Positions 19,286-28,575 of a stretch of DNA of 64,000 nucleotides are shown here, piece after piece (the stretch's first letter is position 1; every line of letters begins with the position of its first letter). The notes beneath the pieces are model-generated. The model had not been told where the DNA came from and made no database searches. It saw only the letters and a list, made by a program, of their open reading frames with translations. Made by a program: the position numbers and the translations under genes. The stretch comes from an uncultured Thermoplasmata archaeon (GTDB lineage Archaea; Thermoplasmatota; Thermoplasmata; UBA10834): assembly GCA_963719945.1 (NCBI GenBank), contig CAVRDX010000001.1, forward strand, positions 76,358 to 140,357, written 5' to 3'.

Positions 19286-20542
19286 CTATATCTCGCAGGT
19301 CTCCCCAACCTGTGATGCATTGGTCCTTGGGAGCTTCTTCATGATCCTTCTGAGCAAGGTAGGCGCGATGAGCACGCTTATGACTCCCATGAGCACGATA
19401 ACCGAATAGATCGTATTGTCTATGATGCCCTCGTTCAAGCCGTACAACGCTATGATCATCGCCACTTCCAGTCTGGCCGCCATGCCAAGACCTATCGCCA
19501 CGGACTCGATATTCGTCATGCCGAATATCCTGGCGGGGATCGCACTTCCAACGACTTTGGTGAGGATCGCCACTCCCGCTAAGGCGATTGCGAACATCCA
19601 GATGTCTAATGGCAATCTGATGTCAACAAGCACTCCGAGCGATATGAAGAAGATCGGCGCGAATGCCCATTCCAAGAAGATGATTCCTTCTCGGAATTGT
19701 TTCCTATATTCGCATCTCGAGAAACTCGTGCCTGCGACAAATGCTCCAACGATTGCTGAGATGCCTATCTGGTTGGATACAAAGGCGTAAAGGAACGCGA
19801 ACGAGAGCGCTAGGATGAATCCGCTCTCGGGTATGCCATGTTTCAATCCCTTTCGCTCGGTCATGCCGATTATCTTCACTATTATCCTCGAACCGACAAA
19901 CGTGCCACCTACGACGAACAAGATCGCCGCTATGGATATCAGTGCGACATCCGAGAAGTCGATGCCACTGCCGGTCCCAACCCCGATGGAGATGGCGAGT
20001 ACAATCATCCCCAGCACGTCATCGACGACCGCAGCTCCGAGAATGGTCTTGGCCATACTAGATGATATGATTCCCATCTCCCTCAGGACGCCTCCCGTGA
20101 TTGCGACGCTTGTCGCGACGAGGGCGGTTCCGACGAAGATGGATTGTGCGAAGCTCGTTCCGGGGAGGAGTGTGGATGCAAGCGCGAACCCTCCTATCCA
20201 AGGGAGGGTTATGCCACCTATCGCGATGAAGATGTTCTTCTTCGTGTAGATTTCCTTGAAGTCGCACTCCAATCCTATGACGAAGAGCATGATGGTCGCG
20301 CCGAAGGTTGCCAATAGTGTGATTATGTCGGTAGTGCCTGCTCCCTCCGTCCCGTTCCCGGACGTAATCGTGATAAGATTGAGAACGCTGGGACCGATTA
20401 TGATTCCGATCACTATCTGTCCCACGGTCTTCGGAAGCCCCACCCTGACGAATATCATGCTGGATGCGATTGCGATCGCTAGCAGCATCGCAACCTGGAA
20501 CCACAGGTCGTTGGATATCTCGGCCCAGATCTCAGATAGCAT
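19286..20542 (-). CDS. cation:proton antiporter (CPA2 / Kef-NapA type)
   Basis: 418 aa, about 12 TM helices. The start LLAIAIASSMIFVRVGLPKTVGQIVIGIIIGPSVL is typical of the Na_H_exchanger family. Confidence 0.85.
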   Translation of the reverse strand: MLSEIWAEISNDLWFQVAMLLAIAIASSMIFVRVGLPKTVGQIVIGIIIGPSVLNLITITSGNGTEGAGTTDIITLLATFGATIMLFVIGLECDFKEIYTKKNIFIAIGGITLPWIGGFALASTLLPGTSFAQSIFVGTALVATSVAITGGVLREMGIISSSMAKTILGAAVVDDVLGMIVLAISIGVGTGSGIDFSDVALISIAAILFVVGGTFVGSRIIVKIIGMTERKGLKHGIPESGFILALSFAFLYAFVSNQIGISAIVGAFVAGTSFSRCEYRKQFREGIIFLEWAFAPIFFISLGVLVDIRLPLDIWMFAIALAGVAILTKVVGSAIPARIFGMTNIESVAIGLGMAARLEVAMIIALYGLNEGIIDNTIYSVIVLMGVISVLIAPTLLRRIMKKLPRTNASQVGETCEI

Positions 20543-20596
20543 GACTTCGTCTTGATGACGTAGTCATCTGATAAAGCTTTTCAACCTGGCGGCAGG

Positions 20597-21874
20597 CTAT
20601 CTCTTCAGTAGTTGCATGATCGGTGACTTACGGAAATCCCTCTTTCTGCTTCCTGTCAACAATCTATCCGTTCTGAATATCCAGACCGCGATCGCTATCA
20701 TCACCACCGCGAATATCGTGACATAGATGATGCCTGATATCACGAGGATGTAGTCGTCGAACATCAAGCTCCTCATTGCCATCATCGGATGGGAGAAAGG
20801 TATCGCGAACAGGAGGACCTGAGCGGCCAATGGCAGTGTGTTGTAGTCCTTGAACATCGTGATGAACATGGGGATCATTGCGAGTATGGCCACCGGGCCG
20901 GTCAACGTCTGCGCTGATTTGTAATCTCTGGTGAACGTGCCAAGCACCATGCACAATGACAGTGCTGCCAACAGGCTTACGAAGAGGGATACACCCACGA
21001 GAACGAAGTCCAGGGTATTCAGAGCGAGCCCATATTCGGCGAGGTCGATGTCCACACCCGCGGAGAACGAGGTCATGTAATAGTTGAATCCTAGCATGTA
21101 TATTCCTGCCATCAGGAGCCCGATGATTGCGCTGGCCACCAGCTTTCCTGTGACTATAGAACTGCGCTTGACTGGCAGGGTCAGTAGAGTCTCAAGCGTC
21201 TTGCTCTCCTTCTCCATGCCCATGGAGCTGATGACCGTTCCTCCGGCCATCATAATGATCATCATGATTATGATCGGGACGGTCATTGATTGAGATGAGA
21301 TTATTGTTTCAAGAGTGCCAGGTGAGATGCCTTCCATCTCCTTGTCTTTGAATAATGTGGTATCCGTCGTGGTAGTTGGATTAAGCACCAATGAAGGGTC
21401 GCTTGACGATCCCGTCTCGATCATGTATGCCGATATGCCAGATTCGACGCTGTATATCAGATTCTGCACCGAAACAGATGATATGGAGTCCAGAAGTCCC
21501 GCGCCTTTCATTATCCAGAATATCTGGATCGTCCCAACGGTTTCGTTGGATATGTTCTCTGTATAATTCGAAGGGATCACCAAGAGCGCGGTGGCGCCTT
21601 CTTCCTTGGCTATAATCAAACCTTCATCGATATCCGTCCCATTGTAGACGATCTCTGCTCCTTGGGATAACACGTACATTGTGATATCTGAAAACACGCC
21701 ATCATCCAGGTCCACCACACCGATGACCGGCTCTGAGGTAGCTTCCTCCTGGACACCGCTCATCATGTTCCCAAGATAGCCGAATAGAATCGCGATCACG
21801 ATGATCGGGAGTATAGTCGATTTGGTGAGCATTTCCTTGATTTCCTTCCTGATTATGTTTGTAATAGCCTTCAT
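20597..21874 (-). CDS. ABC-2 type transporter permease (NatB-like)
   Basis: 425 aa: N-terminal TM, a large extracytoplasmic loop, then 5 C-terminal TMs. Overlaps the upstream ATPase gene by 4 nt. Confidence 0.8.
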   Translation of the reverse strand: MKAITNIIRKEIKEMLTKSTILPIIVIAILFGYLGNMMSGVQEEATSEPVIGVVDLDDGVFSDITMYVLSQGAEIVYNGTDIDEGLIIAKEEGATALLVIPSNYTENISNETVGTIQIFWIMKGAGLLDSISSVSVQNLIYSVESGISAYMIETGSSSDPSLVLNPTTTTDTTLFKDKEMEGISPGTLETIISSQSMTVPIIIMMIIMMAGGTVISSMGMEKESKTLETLLTLPVKRSSIVTGKLVASAIIGLLMAGIYMLGFNYYMTSFSAGVDIDLAEYGLALNTLDFVLVGVSLFVSLLAALSLCMVLGTFTRDYKSAQTLTGPVAILAMIPMFITMFKDYNTLPLAAQVLLFAIPFSHPMMAMRSLMFDDYILVISGIIYVTIFAVVMIAIAVWIFRTDRLLTGSRKRDFRKSPIMQLLKR

Positions 21875-22593
21875 GTGACCACCCTCATGAAGACATCCTC
21901 GATGTTGGCTGCATCATACTTCTTCTTCAGATCGGCTGGAGTGCCCAACTCGACTATGACGCCGTCGTTGATCAGGGCAATCCGATCGCACATGTACTCG
22001 ACCTCGAGCATATTATGGGATGATAGGAGCACAGTTGTGCCCTTCCTCGCGATGTCCTTTACTATCTTCCTTATCTCCTGCGCATTGACGACATCCAGGC
22101 CAGATGTGAGCTCGTCCAGTATCGCAAGTCTCGGATTCGTCATGAGTGCTCTTCCCACGAGCAATCTCCTGGTCATGCCCTTGCTGTAGGTATTCACCTT
22201 GTCGTCGATACGGTCCCCTAGGTCGGCTATCTCGATTCCTCTAGCGACGATATCCTTGGCAGCCTTGCCGCTCGCGAAGAAGTTCGCGATGAATCTGAGG
22301 TAGTCCCTACCAGTGAGGTTCTTGTAGGCGCCAGCATCCTCTGGCAGATAGCTCAATATCTTGCGCACCTCATGAGGCTCTTTTGCCAGATCGTGCCCGA
22401 ACACGTTCACGGAGCCTCCGGAGATCTCCAGAAGCGTGGCGATCACTCTCAATGTGGTCGTCTTCCCAGCCCCGTTGGGACCGATGAGTCCGAAGACCTC
22501 CCGGTCTTCTACTTCGAAGGAGATACCTTTGACTCCCTTGAATGAACCGTAGTTCTTATCCAGGTTCTTCACCTCTACAGCGGGCATTGTCAT
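21871..22593 (-). CDS. ABC transporter ATP-binding protein (NatA-like)
   Basis: Walker A GPNGAGKTT, signature YSKGMTRR, Walker B AILDELTSGLD. Confidence 0.93.
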   Translation of the reverse strand: MTMPAVEVKNLDKNYGSFKGVKGISFEVEDREVFGLIGPNGAGKTTTLRVIATLLEISGGSVNVFGHDLAKEPHEVRKILSYLPEDAGAYKNLTGRDYLRFIANFFASGKAAKDIVARGIEIADLGDRIDDKVNTYSKGMTRRLLVGRALMTNPRLAILDELTSGLDVVNAQEIRKIVKDIARKGTTVLLSSHNMLEVEYMCDRIALINDGVIVELGTPADLKKKYDAANIEDVFMRVVT

Positions 22594-22705
22594 TCACCTT
22601 CTTTCAAGTCGATTATAGGTTACCCATACTTACAGTTGGCGGAGGACGACCACGGGGATATCCAATGAAAAATAGGAATTACCGCTTCCGCCCTTCACCG
22701 GTATC

Positions 22706-22981
22706 ATGGAAGCTTGGACGGTTCTCGGTATTCTCGCTGGCGCTATGACCTCATCGGGCTATGTCCCTCAGATCGTGAAGGGCTGGCGTTCCAGGAGGAT
22801 GGATGACCTCTCATTGCTGATGCCTGCGATACTCGGTATAGGCATGTTCCTTTGGTTGCTCTACGGCATACATATGCAGGACATCGCAATCATCGTAGCC
22901 AATATAACTGGCTGCGCGCTCACTGCCACCATCGTCGCTATGAAACTCTATTTCGATGCCAGGTCAAGATCCGCATCGTGA
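22706..22981 (+). CDS. SemiSWEET / PQ-loop family small transporter
   Basis: 91 aa, three TM helices, PQ motif in SSGYVPQIVKGW. Confidence 0.75.
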   Translation: MEAWTVLGILAGAMTSSGYVPQIVKGWRSRRMDDLSLLMPAILGIGMFLWLLYGIHMQDIAIIVANITGCALTATIVAMKLYFDARSRSAS

Positions 22982-22998
22982 ACCCTCATCGCATGGAA

Positions 22999-23886
22999 TC
23001 ATTTGAAAAGGAATGGTCGGATCTTCTCGACGATCTCTTCCGAGGGCTCGTCGGCCGGCACTAGTTCTATGTCGTCCGGGTTCGTCACTCCAAGGCCGAG
23101 CTCGACCGCCCTCTTGATCTGATCCTGCTCGAAAACCGCCCTGTTCTCTATCTTCCTCGTAGTGCCATGCATCTTCAGGGCCGCTACCCCGACTGCGTCC
23201 ATCGCTATCCTGTCCGTCGATGCGAATGTGAGGTTGGCGGACCACTTCTTGCCTTTCATCGGCCCACCCTCATAGAATGCATCGACTCCATCCATCACAA
23301 GCAACGCAGGCGTGTACGCCACATTCATCTCGGCTATCATGTTCCGTTGGTTGATCAGAGCGGTATGAAGCTCGGTCATGTTACTTGCGTGCACCATACC
23401 TGTAGTGAGCTTGAGTGACATCGTGAAGTGACCGCCATACTGATGCGTCTTCAGACAGCACAGGCCTATCACCGCATCGGCTTCTAGGACTGGCTTGGCA
23501 AAGAGGAAGCCGTTCCTCCAGTGACTGCCCGGAGGTTTTATCTTCACCCATCTGTCCTTTGACATCTTATCGAATATGGTGCACTCAAAACCCATCTTCT
23601 TCCCAAGGTCGAAGACGCCCTTCTCCTGGAACACCTTCGTGGTGTCTGCAGGCCCGCTCCTATCACCTACGCTCAATCCTGATGGGCTTCGTTCCTTCAC
23701 CAGCTCCACCATCGACATGAGCGTGTCGTTGTGGGTCGACCCGGGTGTGGGATCGGCTGTGTTGAAGTTGGGCTTTATAAGGACCCGCTTCCCCTCGATA
23801 TCGGGCATGCCTATGATCTCCACGGCCTTCTTCAGAGCGATACTCCTGTCAGGATTATGGACCACGGATACGATCGATGTGGGCAT
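22999..23886 (-). CDS. DUF362 domain protein
   Basis: KRVLIKPNFNTADPTPGSTHNDTL... and CLKTHQYGGHFTMSLKLTTG match the DUF362 pattern as I remember it. Confidence 0.7.
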   Translation of the reverse strand: MPTSIVSVVHNPDRSIALKKAVEIIGMPDIEGKRVLIKPNFNTADPTPGSTHNDTLMSMVELVKERSPSGLSVGDRSGPADTTKVFQEKGVFDLGKKMGFECTIFDKMSKDRWVKIKPPGSHWRNGFLFAKPVLEADAVIGLCCLKTHQYGGHFTMSLKLTTGMVHASNMTELHTALINQRNMIAEMNVAYTPALLVMDGVDAFYEGGPMKGKKWSANLTFASTDRIAMDAVGVAALKMHGTTRKIENRAVFEQDQIKRAVELGLGVTNPDDIELVPADEPSEEIVEKIRPFLFK

Positions 23887-23933
23887 GTAGAATACACCTC
23901 CTCGGTGCTGATAATATGCCTGCGTGATTTACA

Positions 23934-24419
23934 TTACTCTTTCGGAGAGATCGCATCCATCGCTAGCGCGACTGCGTGTTCTGGCGTTTCGGCTTCGACC
24001 AGATGGGGTATCTTTTTGTGATATGCTCTTTCAAGCTTCCATGTTCCGAGACCTATCACGGTCTTGCCTAGGTTCAGTGCATGGCCGATCTCCGAGAGCG
24101 TACCGAACTCCCCTCCGACAGCGATCACTATGTCTGCAGTCTTCACGAGCATGACGTTCCTGCCGACCCCCATCCCTGTGACGATCGGTATCTGGACATA
24201 TGGGTTCGCATCGTTCCGGTCGTCAGAGGGTATTATGCCGATCGTGAGACCTCCTTCATTCCTCGCGCCCTTGCACACGGCCTCCATCACGCCTCCCAAT
24301 CCCCCACAGACCACAGCTGCGCCGTGTTTCGCGATTTCGGACCCCAGCTTCTCGGCCTGACGGTATGTCTCCTCGTCCGGCCTGTTCGCCCCTATAACCC
24401 CTATGATCTTGAACGCCAT
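23934..24419 (-). CDS. TIGR00725 / LOG-like Rossmann-fold protein
   Basis: IIGVIGANRPDEETYRQAEKLGSEIAKHG..VVCGGLGGVMEAVCKGA...GGLTIGIIP...GGEFGTLSEIG is the typical family layout. Confidence 0.75.
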   Translation of the reverse strand: MAFKIIGVIGANRPDEETYRQAEKLGSEIAKHGAAVVCGGLGGVMEAVCKGARNEGGLTIGIIPSDDRNDANPYVQIPIVTGMGVGRNVMLVKTADIVIAVGGEFGTLSEIGHALNLGKTVIGLGTWKLERAYHKKIPHLVEAETPEHAVALAMDAISPKE

Positions 24420-24533
24420 TTCATTACTACATGGTGCTCTTCCGACTTAAATTCAATCCAGGGCACTGGCCATCCATCGACATGTTTATTAGGTAACCGA
24501 CCCGATATTGACGCAAGTATTGGAGGCTCCCCC

Positions 24534-25064
24534 ATGCCAGATATTAGGGATAGGATTGAGGAAGACAGGGGTATTCTGAAGAAGATCCAAAATTATGTTC
24601 CTGGATTCAGAGGATACAGGCGCAGAGAGGATCTTCGTGACGCGGACCGCATGCTCAGGGCTCAATTGGCACAGAAACTCAGCGATGAGAGGAGAGGTCT
24701 TGAGGAGTGCAGAGGCCTGCTGGTGCAGAGCTATGGCTCAAAGGAGCGGGAACTGATTGGCGGCCTAATCAATCAATTCAAGAAGACCGAAGGATTGGTC
24801 CTTCATGCTGAGACGGGCTATTCTGGATTCGTGGCAGATATCCAGATCAAGGAGGAGCAGCTCGACAAGCTGTACGAGTACGATGCGAGCATGCTCGACC
24901 ATCTCACATCGATCACTGCGAGCATAGAGTCACTCAAGAATTCCCTGATGGCGGCTGATGAGACTACGAGCCACAGGGATATCATGAACATCAGGGCTAG
25001 GATCACCGATTTCGAGGACAAGTTCAATCGCAGAATGCGCGTGATAGAAGGCACGGAGGTGTGA
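24534..25064 (+). CDS. helical / coiled-coil protein of unknown family; first gene of the SPFH zinc-ribbon operon
   Basis: ATG 24534 is preceded by GGAGG (24522-24526). 176 aa, rich in heptad-like charged helices (MPDIRDRIEEDRGILKKIQNYVPGFRGYRRREDLRDADRMLRAQLAQKL...). The ORF upstream of this ATG is antisense overlap with 23934-24419. Confidence 0.7.
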   Translation: MPDIRDRIEEDRGILKKIQNYVPGFRGYRRREDLRDADRMLRAQLAQKLSDERRGLEECRGLLVQSYGSKERELIGGLINQFKKTEGLVLHAETGYSGFVADIQIKEEQLDKLYEYDASMLDHLTSITASIESLKNSLMAADETTSHRDIMNIRARITDFEDKFNRRMRVIEGTEV

Positions 25065-25068
25065 TGTA

Positions 25069-26187
25069 ATGAGTGTCATAGGGGCAGCAACTTTCAAGTG
25101 GGAAGATGTGGACAAGCGCACGAACATAATGTACCGCATGCCTCGAAACATCCGATTCAACGACAACATAGTCGTTCGTGAAGACGAGGTGGCGGTGTTC
25201 TACAGGGACGGAAAGGCGCTGGCCTACATAGATAGACCAGACAGATACGCCCTTTCCTCGCTTAACGCGCCGATTGTCGGAGCCATCGTGAAATTCCTTT
25301 CAGGCGTCCAGCAGCAGGCTGAAGTCATATATCTTCAGAAGCGTGCGATCGATGGCAAGTTCGGCAGCAAGCAGCCATACCAGTTCCGGGACAAGGAGTT
25401 CGGAATGGTCAATCTGCGCGTGTTCGGGGAGTTCCGATACAAGGTCGCGTCACCAGCCAACTTCGTGAACGAGTTCGTCGGAACGCTCAACTATTCTGCG
25501 AGCGCGGAGATAGAGGAGAGGATCAAGGAACAGATGGTCATACTGATCTACGACTCCATCGGCGACATGAAGAACGAGGGTATGGGTGTCGCTGACATGG
25601 CGAGCAACCTGACCAGCATCGAGCAGGTCGTCCTGTCACGGACAAAGGATCATTTCGACCTCTATGGTATCTCGATCGACAAGATATCTGGATTGTACAT
25701 TTCATTGCCTGAAGAAGTCCAGAAGGCGGTTGATACGCGTGCATCGATGCAGATACTCGGTACCAACTATGTCCAGTACCAATCCGGACAGGCCATGCGC
25801 GAGGCAGCTGCGAATCCTGCCGGCGGTGCTGCTGCGGCAGGTGTTGGCGTCGGGGCTGGGATCGGCATGGGATGGACCATGATGGATTCTATGCGACAAC
25901 CATCACCTGTGCCTGGGCAGCCGGCTCAGCCACAGTCGATGCCTGGGGTTGCATGTCCGAAATGTGGCACTCAGAACCCGCCCACGGGCAAGTTCTGCTC
26001 ATCGTGTGGCGCGAAGCTCGGGGCTGTCACGGTCGAATGTCCGAAATGCAAGGCGGCTGTTCCAGAGACCTCCAAGTTCTGCCCGGAATGCGGTGGTCCG
26101 ATCGGAGGGAACAAGAAATGTGCTTCCTGCGGCGCTGAGGTGCCTGTGAGCGTGAAGTTCTGCCCTGAGTGTGGGAAGACACCTTGA
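25069..26187 (+). CDS. SPFH/Band-7-like protein of the YdjI/COG4260 ('virion core protein-like') type with three C-terminal zinc ribbons
   Basis: The N-terminal roughly 250 aa follow the YdjI-type pattern (VVREDEVAVFYRDGKA..., NLRVFGEFRYKV..P.NFV, ISLPEEVQKAVD, YQSGQAMREAA). The C-terminus has three CxxC-x(9-11)-CxxC units (CPKCG..CSSCG, CPKCK..CPECG, CASCG..CPECG). Confidence 0.85.
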   Translation: MSVIGAATFKWEDVDKRTNIMYRMPRNIRFNDNIVVREDEVAVFYRDGKALAYIDRPDRYALSSLNAPIVGAIVKFLSGVQQQAEVIYLQKRAIDGKFGSKQPYQFRDKEFGMVNLRVFGEFRYKVASPANFVNEFVGTLNYSASAEIEERIKEQMVILIYDSIGDMKNEGMGVADMASNLTSIEQVVLSRTKDHFDLYGISIDKISGLYISLPEEVQKAVDTRASMQILGTNYVQYQSGQAMREAAANPAGGAAAAGVGVGAGIGMGWTMMDSMRQPSPVPGQPAQPQSMPGVACPKCGTQNPPTGKFCSSCGAKLGAVTVECPKCKAAVPETSKFCPECGGPIGGNKKCASCGAEVPVSVKFCPECGKTP

Positions 26188-26219
26188 ATCCAATGGCATG
26201 ATTGAGGTCTGGTTGATGG

Positions 26220-26975
26220 TTGGGTGGGAAATTGGCATCAATAAAATGTCCGAAGTGCGCAGCGCCTGTGACGTTCGACGCTGAATCCAAGTTCGTGAAA
26301 TGTTCGTACTGCACATCGCAGATATTCATCGACAGGAGTGGAGCGGGTTTCTACTACGCCCTTCCATATGCAGTCAGCGAAACGAGCGCCATCGGCACGT
26401 TCCGACGCTGGGCGGCCGGGTCGACCAAGGCAAAAGACCTTGACAAGGCTGCTCAGATCGCAGGTGTGAAGAAGCAGTATTTCCCAGTCTACATGTTCAA
26501 GCGAGATGTCAATGGCAAGGAGCAGGTCCTGATAGAACCAGCTGGCTCGACCACACTGCCTGGCCTGCACAGCCTGAAGGTGCCAGCGGGGGATCTCAAG
26601 ATATACGACGATTCTTTCGATGTCGGTGGCGCCGAGTTGATCAAACCCGACATCGAGATGCTCTCCTACATGGACAATCTTCCAGGAAAGCCCAAGGAGC
26701 AGGCCCTGGTGTTCTTCCCGATCTGGAAACTCGATTACGTGTTCAATCAGAAGAGGTACGAAGTCATCATCGATGGCTCTGCAGGTGAGGTCTTCTCAGC
26801 CGAGTTCCCGACACGGAGCTCGAGCGCCTATGTGGCCGTCGCTGGGATAGGATTCGTCGCATTCGTTGTCGAAGGTCTCATCGCAGCGTCCTCTCTTCCC
26901 CTCGCGCTGGGATTGATGGCGTTGACCGTTGCTGGTGTCTTCGCAAGTGCTTTGTTCGTCGCAAGGAGGATGTGA
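26220..26975 (+). CDS. zinc-ribbon protein paralog 1 (N-terminal Zn ribbon, duplicated Y-x-P-x-W beta module, two C-terminal TM helices)
   Basis: TTG start. CPKC...CSYC ribbon. The LPYAVSETSAIGTFRRW...YFPVYMF and FFPIWKLDY motifs are shared with the next two genes. C-terminal TM hairpin AYVAVAGIGFVAFVV / LALGLMALTVAGVFASALFV. Confidence 0.7.
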   Translation: MGGKLASIKCPKCAAPVTFDAESKFVKCSYCTSQIFIDRSGAGFYYALPYAVSETSAIGTFRRWAAGSTKAKDLDKAAQIAGVKKQYFPVYMFKRDVNGKEQVLIEPAGSTTLPGLHSLKVPAGDLKIYDDSFDVGGAELIKPDIEMLSYMDNLPGKPKEQALVFFPIWKLDYVFNQKRYEVIIDGSAGEVFSAEFPTRSSSAYVAVAGIGFVAFVVEGLIAASSLPLALGLMALTVAGVFASALFVARRM

Positions 26976-26979
26976 TGAT

Positions 26980-27981
26980 ATGGCCGGCATATCAGTAGGA
27001 CTCAACTGCCCCGCATGTGGTGGAGCCATATCTGTCGAAGAGGGAGAGAACACCGTCATCTGCCAATACTGCGATTCCACTCTCTTCATCGAGGGGGACA
27101 AGGGCGTCTCCACGATCGCATTCAGTAACAGGGTCGCGAAGGATTCTGCCATGAAGGCGACTCAGACATGGTGGACCCGAGGTTTCAAGGCAAGGGACCT
27201 CAAGCACACTGGGCAGGTCACCGAGATCTATCCGATATATCTGCCGTTCTGGAGGGCATTGACCCGGGTGGCAGGCTGGATATGTGGATACGAGGAACGG
27301 AGACACACCGATCAGAAGGGGAATGTCCGGGTCGAGAAGATACCGAAGGAAGTGATGGTGCTCCAGGATTACACGTTCTCTGAGATCGCATGCGATCCAG
27401 GCGATCTCGGCATCCGGACTCTGAAGAACTTCTCGGGCGCTACTGGGTTCGCAGATTTCGATATGATCCCCACATTCGAAGCGACCACGAGCAGGGACGA
27501 TGCCGTCGTCCGCGCGAAGAACGATGCCCTGGCAAGGGCGAAGGCTAGCGTGCGAGTACCTCATGTGACCTTCCAGAAACTGCATGTCCTTCCGAAGCGT
27601 CTGTCGATGGTCTACTATCCCGTATGGGTCGTCAGATACAACTACAGGAACAGGATGTACATGTCCACGGTCGATGGCGTAACTGGCCAGATCATGTCCG
27701 GACGCGCTCCTGGCGATCCCATGTTCCAGAGCCTCGCGGTCACAGCGGGGACATCCTTGGGCGGGATAATCGCTGCTCTCGGAATCATCTTCGCCGGCGG
27801 GAGCGCAGAGATAGCGATTGGCGGGCTCGCCATAGGTATCGGTCTCCTCTATGTCACATACAGATTCTTCCGACACGGGTCTGAGATAATCGAAGGCGAG
27901 TTCAAGGAGAAGAAAGCTTCATCGAAGCAGGCTCTCAGGGAGATCCAGGGCATCGCCAAACAGCTACAGGGGAGGTACTGA
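26980..27981 (+). CDS. zinc-ribbon protein paralog 2 (Zn ribbon, larger duplicated module, two TM helices, C-terminal charged helix)
   Basis: ATG 26980 after AGGAGGA (26964-26970). CPAC...CQYC ribbon. IYLPFWRAL and VYYPVWVVRYNY motifs, then STVDGVTGQIMSG. TM hairpin near residues 270-315. Confidence 0.75.
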   Translation: MAGISVGLNCPACGGAISVEEGENTVICQYCDSTLFIEGDKGVSTIAFSNRVAKDSAMKATQTWWTRGFKARDLKHTGQVTEIYPIYLPFWRALTRVAGWICGYEERRHTDQKGNVRVEKIPKEVMVLQDYTFSEIACDPGDLGIRTLKNFSGATGFADFDMIPTFEATTSRDDAVVRAKNDALARAKASVRVPHVTFQKLHVLPKRLSMVYYPVWVVRYNYRNRMYMSTVDGVTGQIMSGRAPGDPMFQSLAVTAGTSLGGIIAALGIIFAGGSAEIAIGGLAIGIGLLYVTYRFFRHGSEIIEGEFKEKKASSKQALREIQGIAKQLQGRY

Positions 27982-27982
27982 G

Positions 27983-28570
27983 ATGAATGTGATCCAAGTG
28001 ACATGTCCGTCCTGCAACACGCCGATATACTCCAAGGTGCGGGATCGGCTTTTCTACTGCAACAGATGCAATACCATGCACGTCCGGGACGGAGGGGTCG
28101 AGAAACTGGATTTCGAGATCGCTGAGTTCAATCCATCCGCTCAGGGAGAGAAGGTGTACCTGCCGTTCTGGAGGATGTATTGCTCATTCACCATACATTC
28201 GAAGAGTGTCGAAGGTGGCACTATCTCCCGGCTTGCTTCATGGCTACGCGGAGGTGGGAATAGCGGAAGCCTCTTCATCTATGTGCCCGCAACGGAGATG
28301 GACACGGCCACTTTCAAATATTATTCGACTTTGCTCACCGCGAACCCTCCGAGATACAACACGAGGTTGAACTTCGGGGACGTACGGCGGATGCCTGCGG
28401 TGATGAAAAGAGATGAAGCTGTTGAGTTGGCTGATTTCGTGGTCGTCACCATGGAGGCTGAGAAACCAGGCATACTCCAGAAGCTGGATTACTCGCTGAC
28501 CGTGAACGATTCGAAGGTCGTCTACCTGCCATTCGTACTCTCACAGTCCGGCATGGCACCAGCATTCTGA
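27983..28570 (+). CDS. zinc-ribbon protein paralog 3 (soluble, no TM)
   Basis: ATG lies 1 nt after the preceding stop, with GGAGGT upstream. CPSC...CNRC ribbon. VYLPFWRMY and VVYLPFVLS motifs. Confidence 0.75.
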   Translation: MNVIQVTCPSCNTPIYSKVRDRLFYCNRCNTMHVRDGGVEKLDFEIAEFNPSAQGEKVYLPFWRMYCSFTIHSKSVEGGTISRLASWLRGGGNSGSLFIYVPATEMDTATFKYYSTLLTANPPRYNTRLNFGDVRRMPAVMKRDEAVELADFVVVTMEAEKPGILQKLDYSLTVNDSKVVYLPFVLSQSGMAPAF

Positions 28571-28575
28571 ATGGC

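Noticed and set aside
24081-24533. Upstream 150-codon extension of the helical-protein ORF (track start 24081)
   Set aside because: The extension is antisense to the well-supported LOG-like gene (23934-24419) and has shadow-ORF composition. A GGAGG plus ATG at 24534 gives a sensible start.
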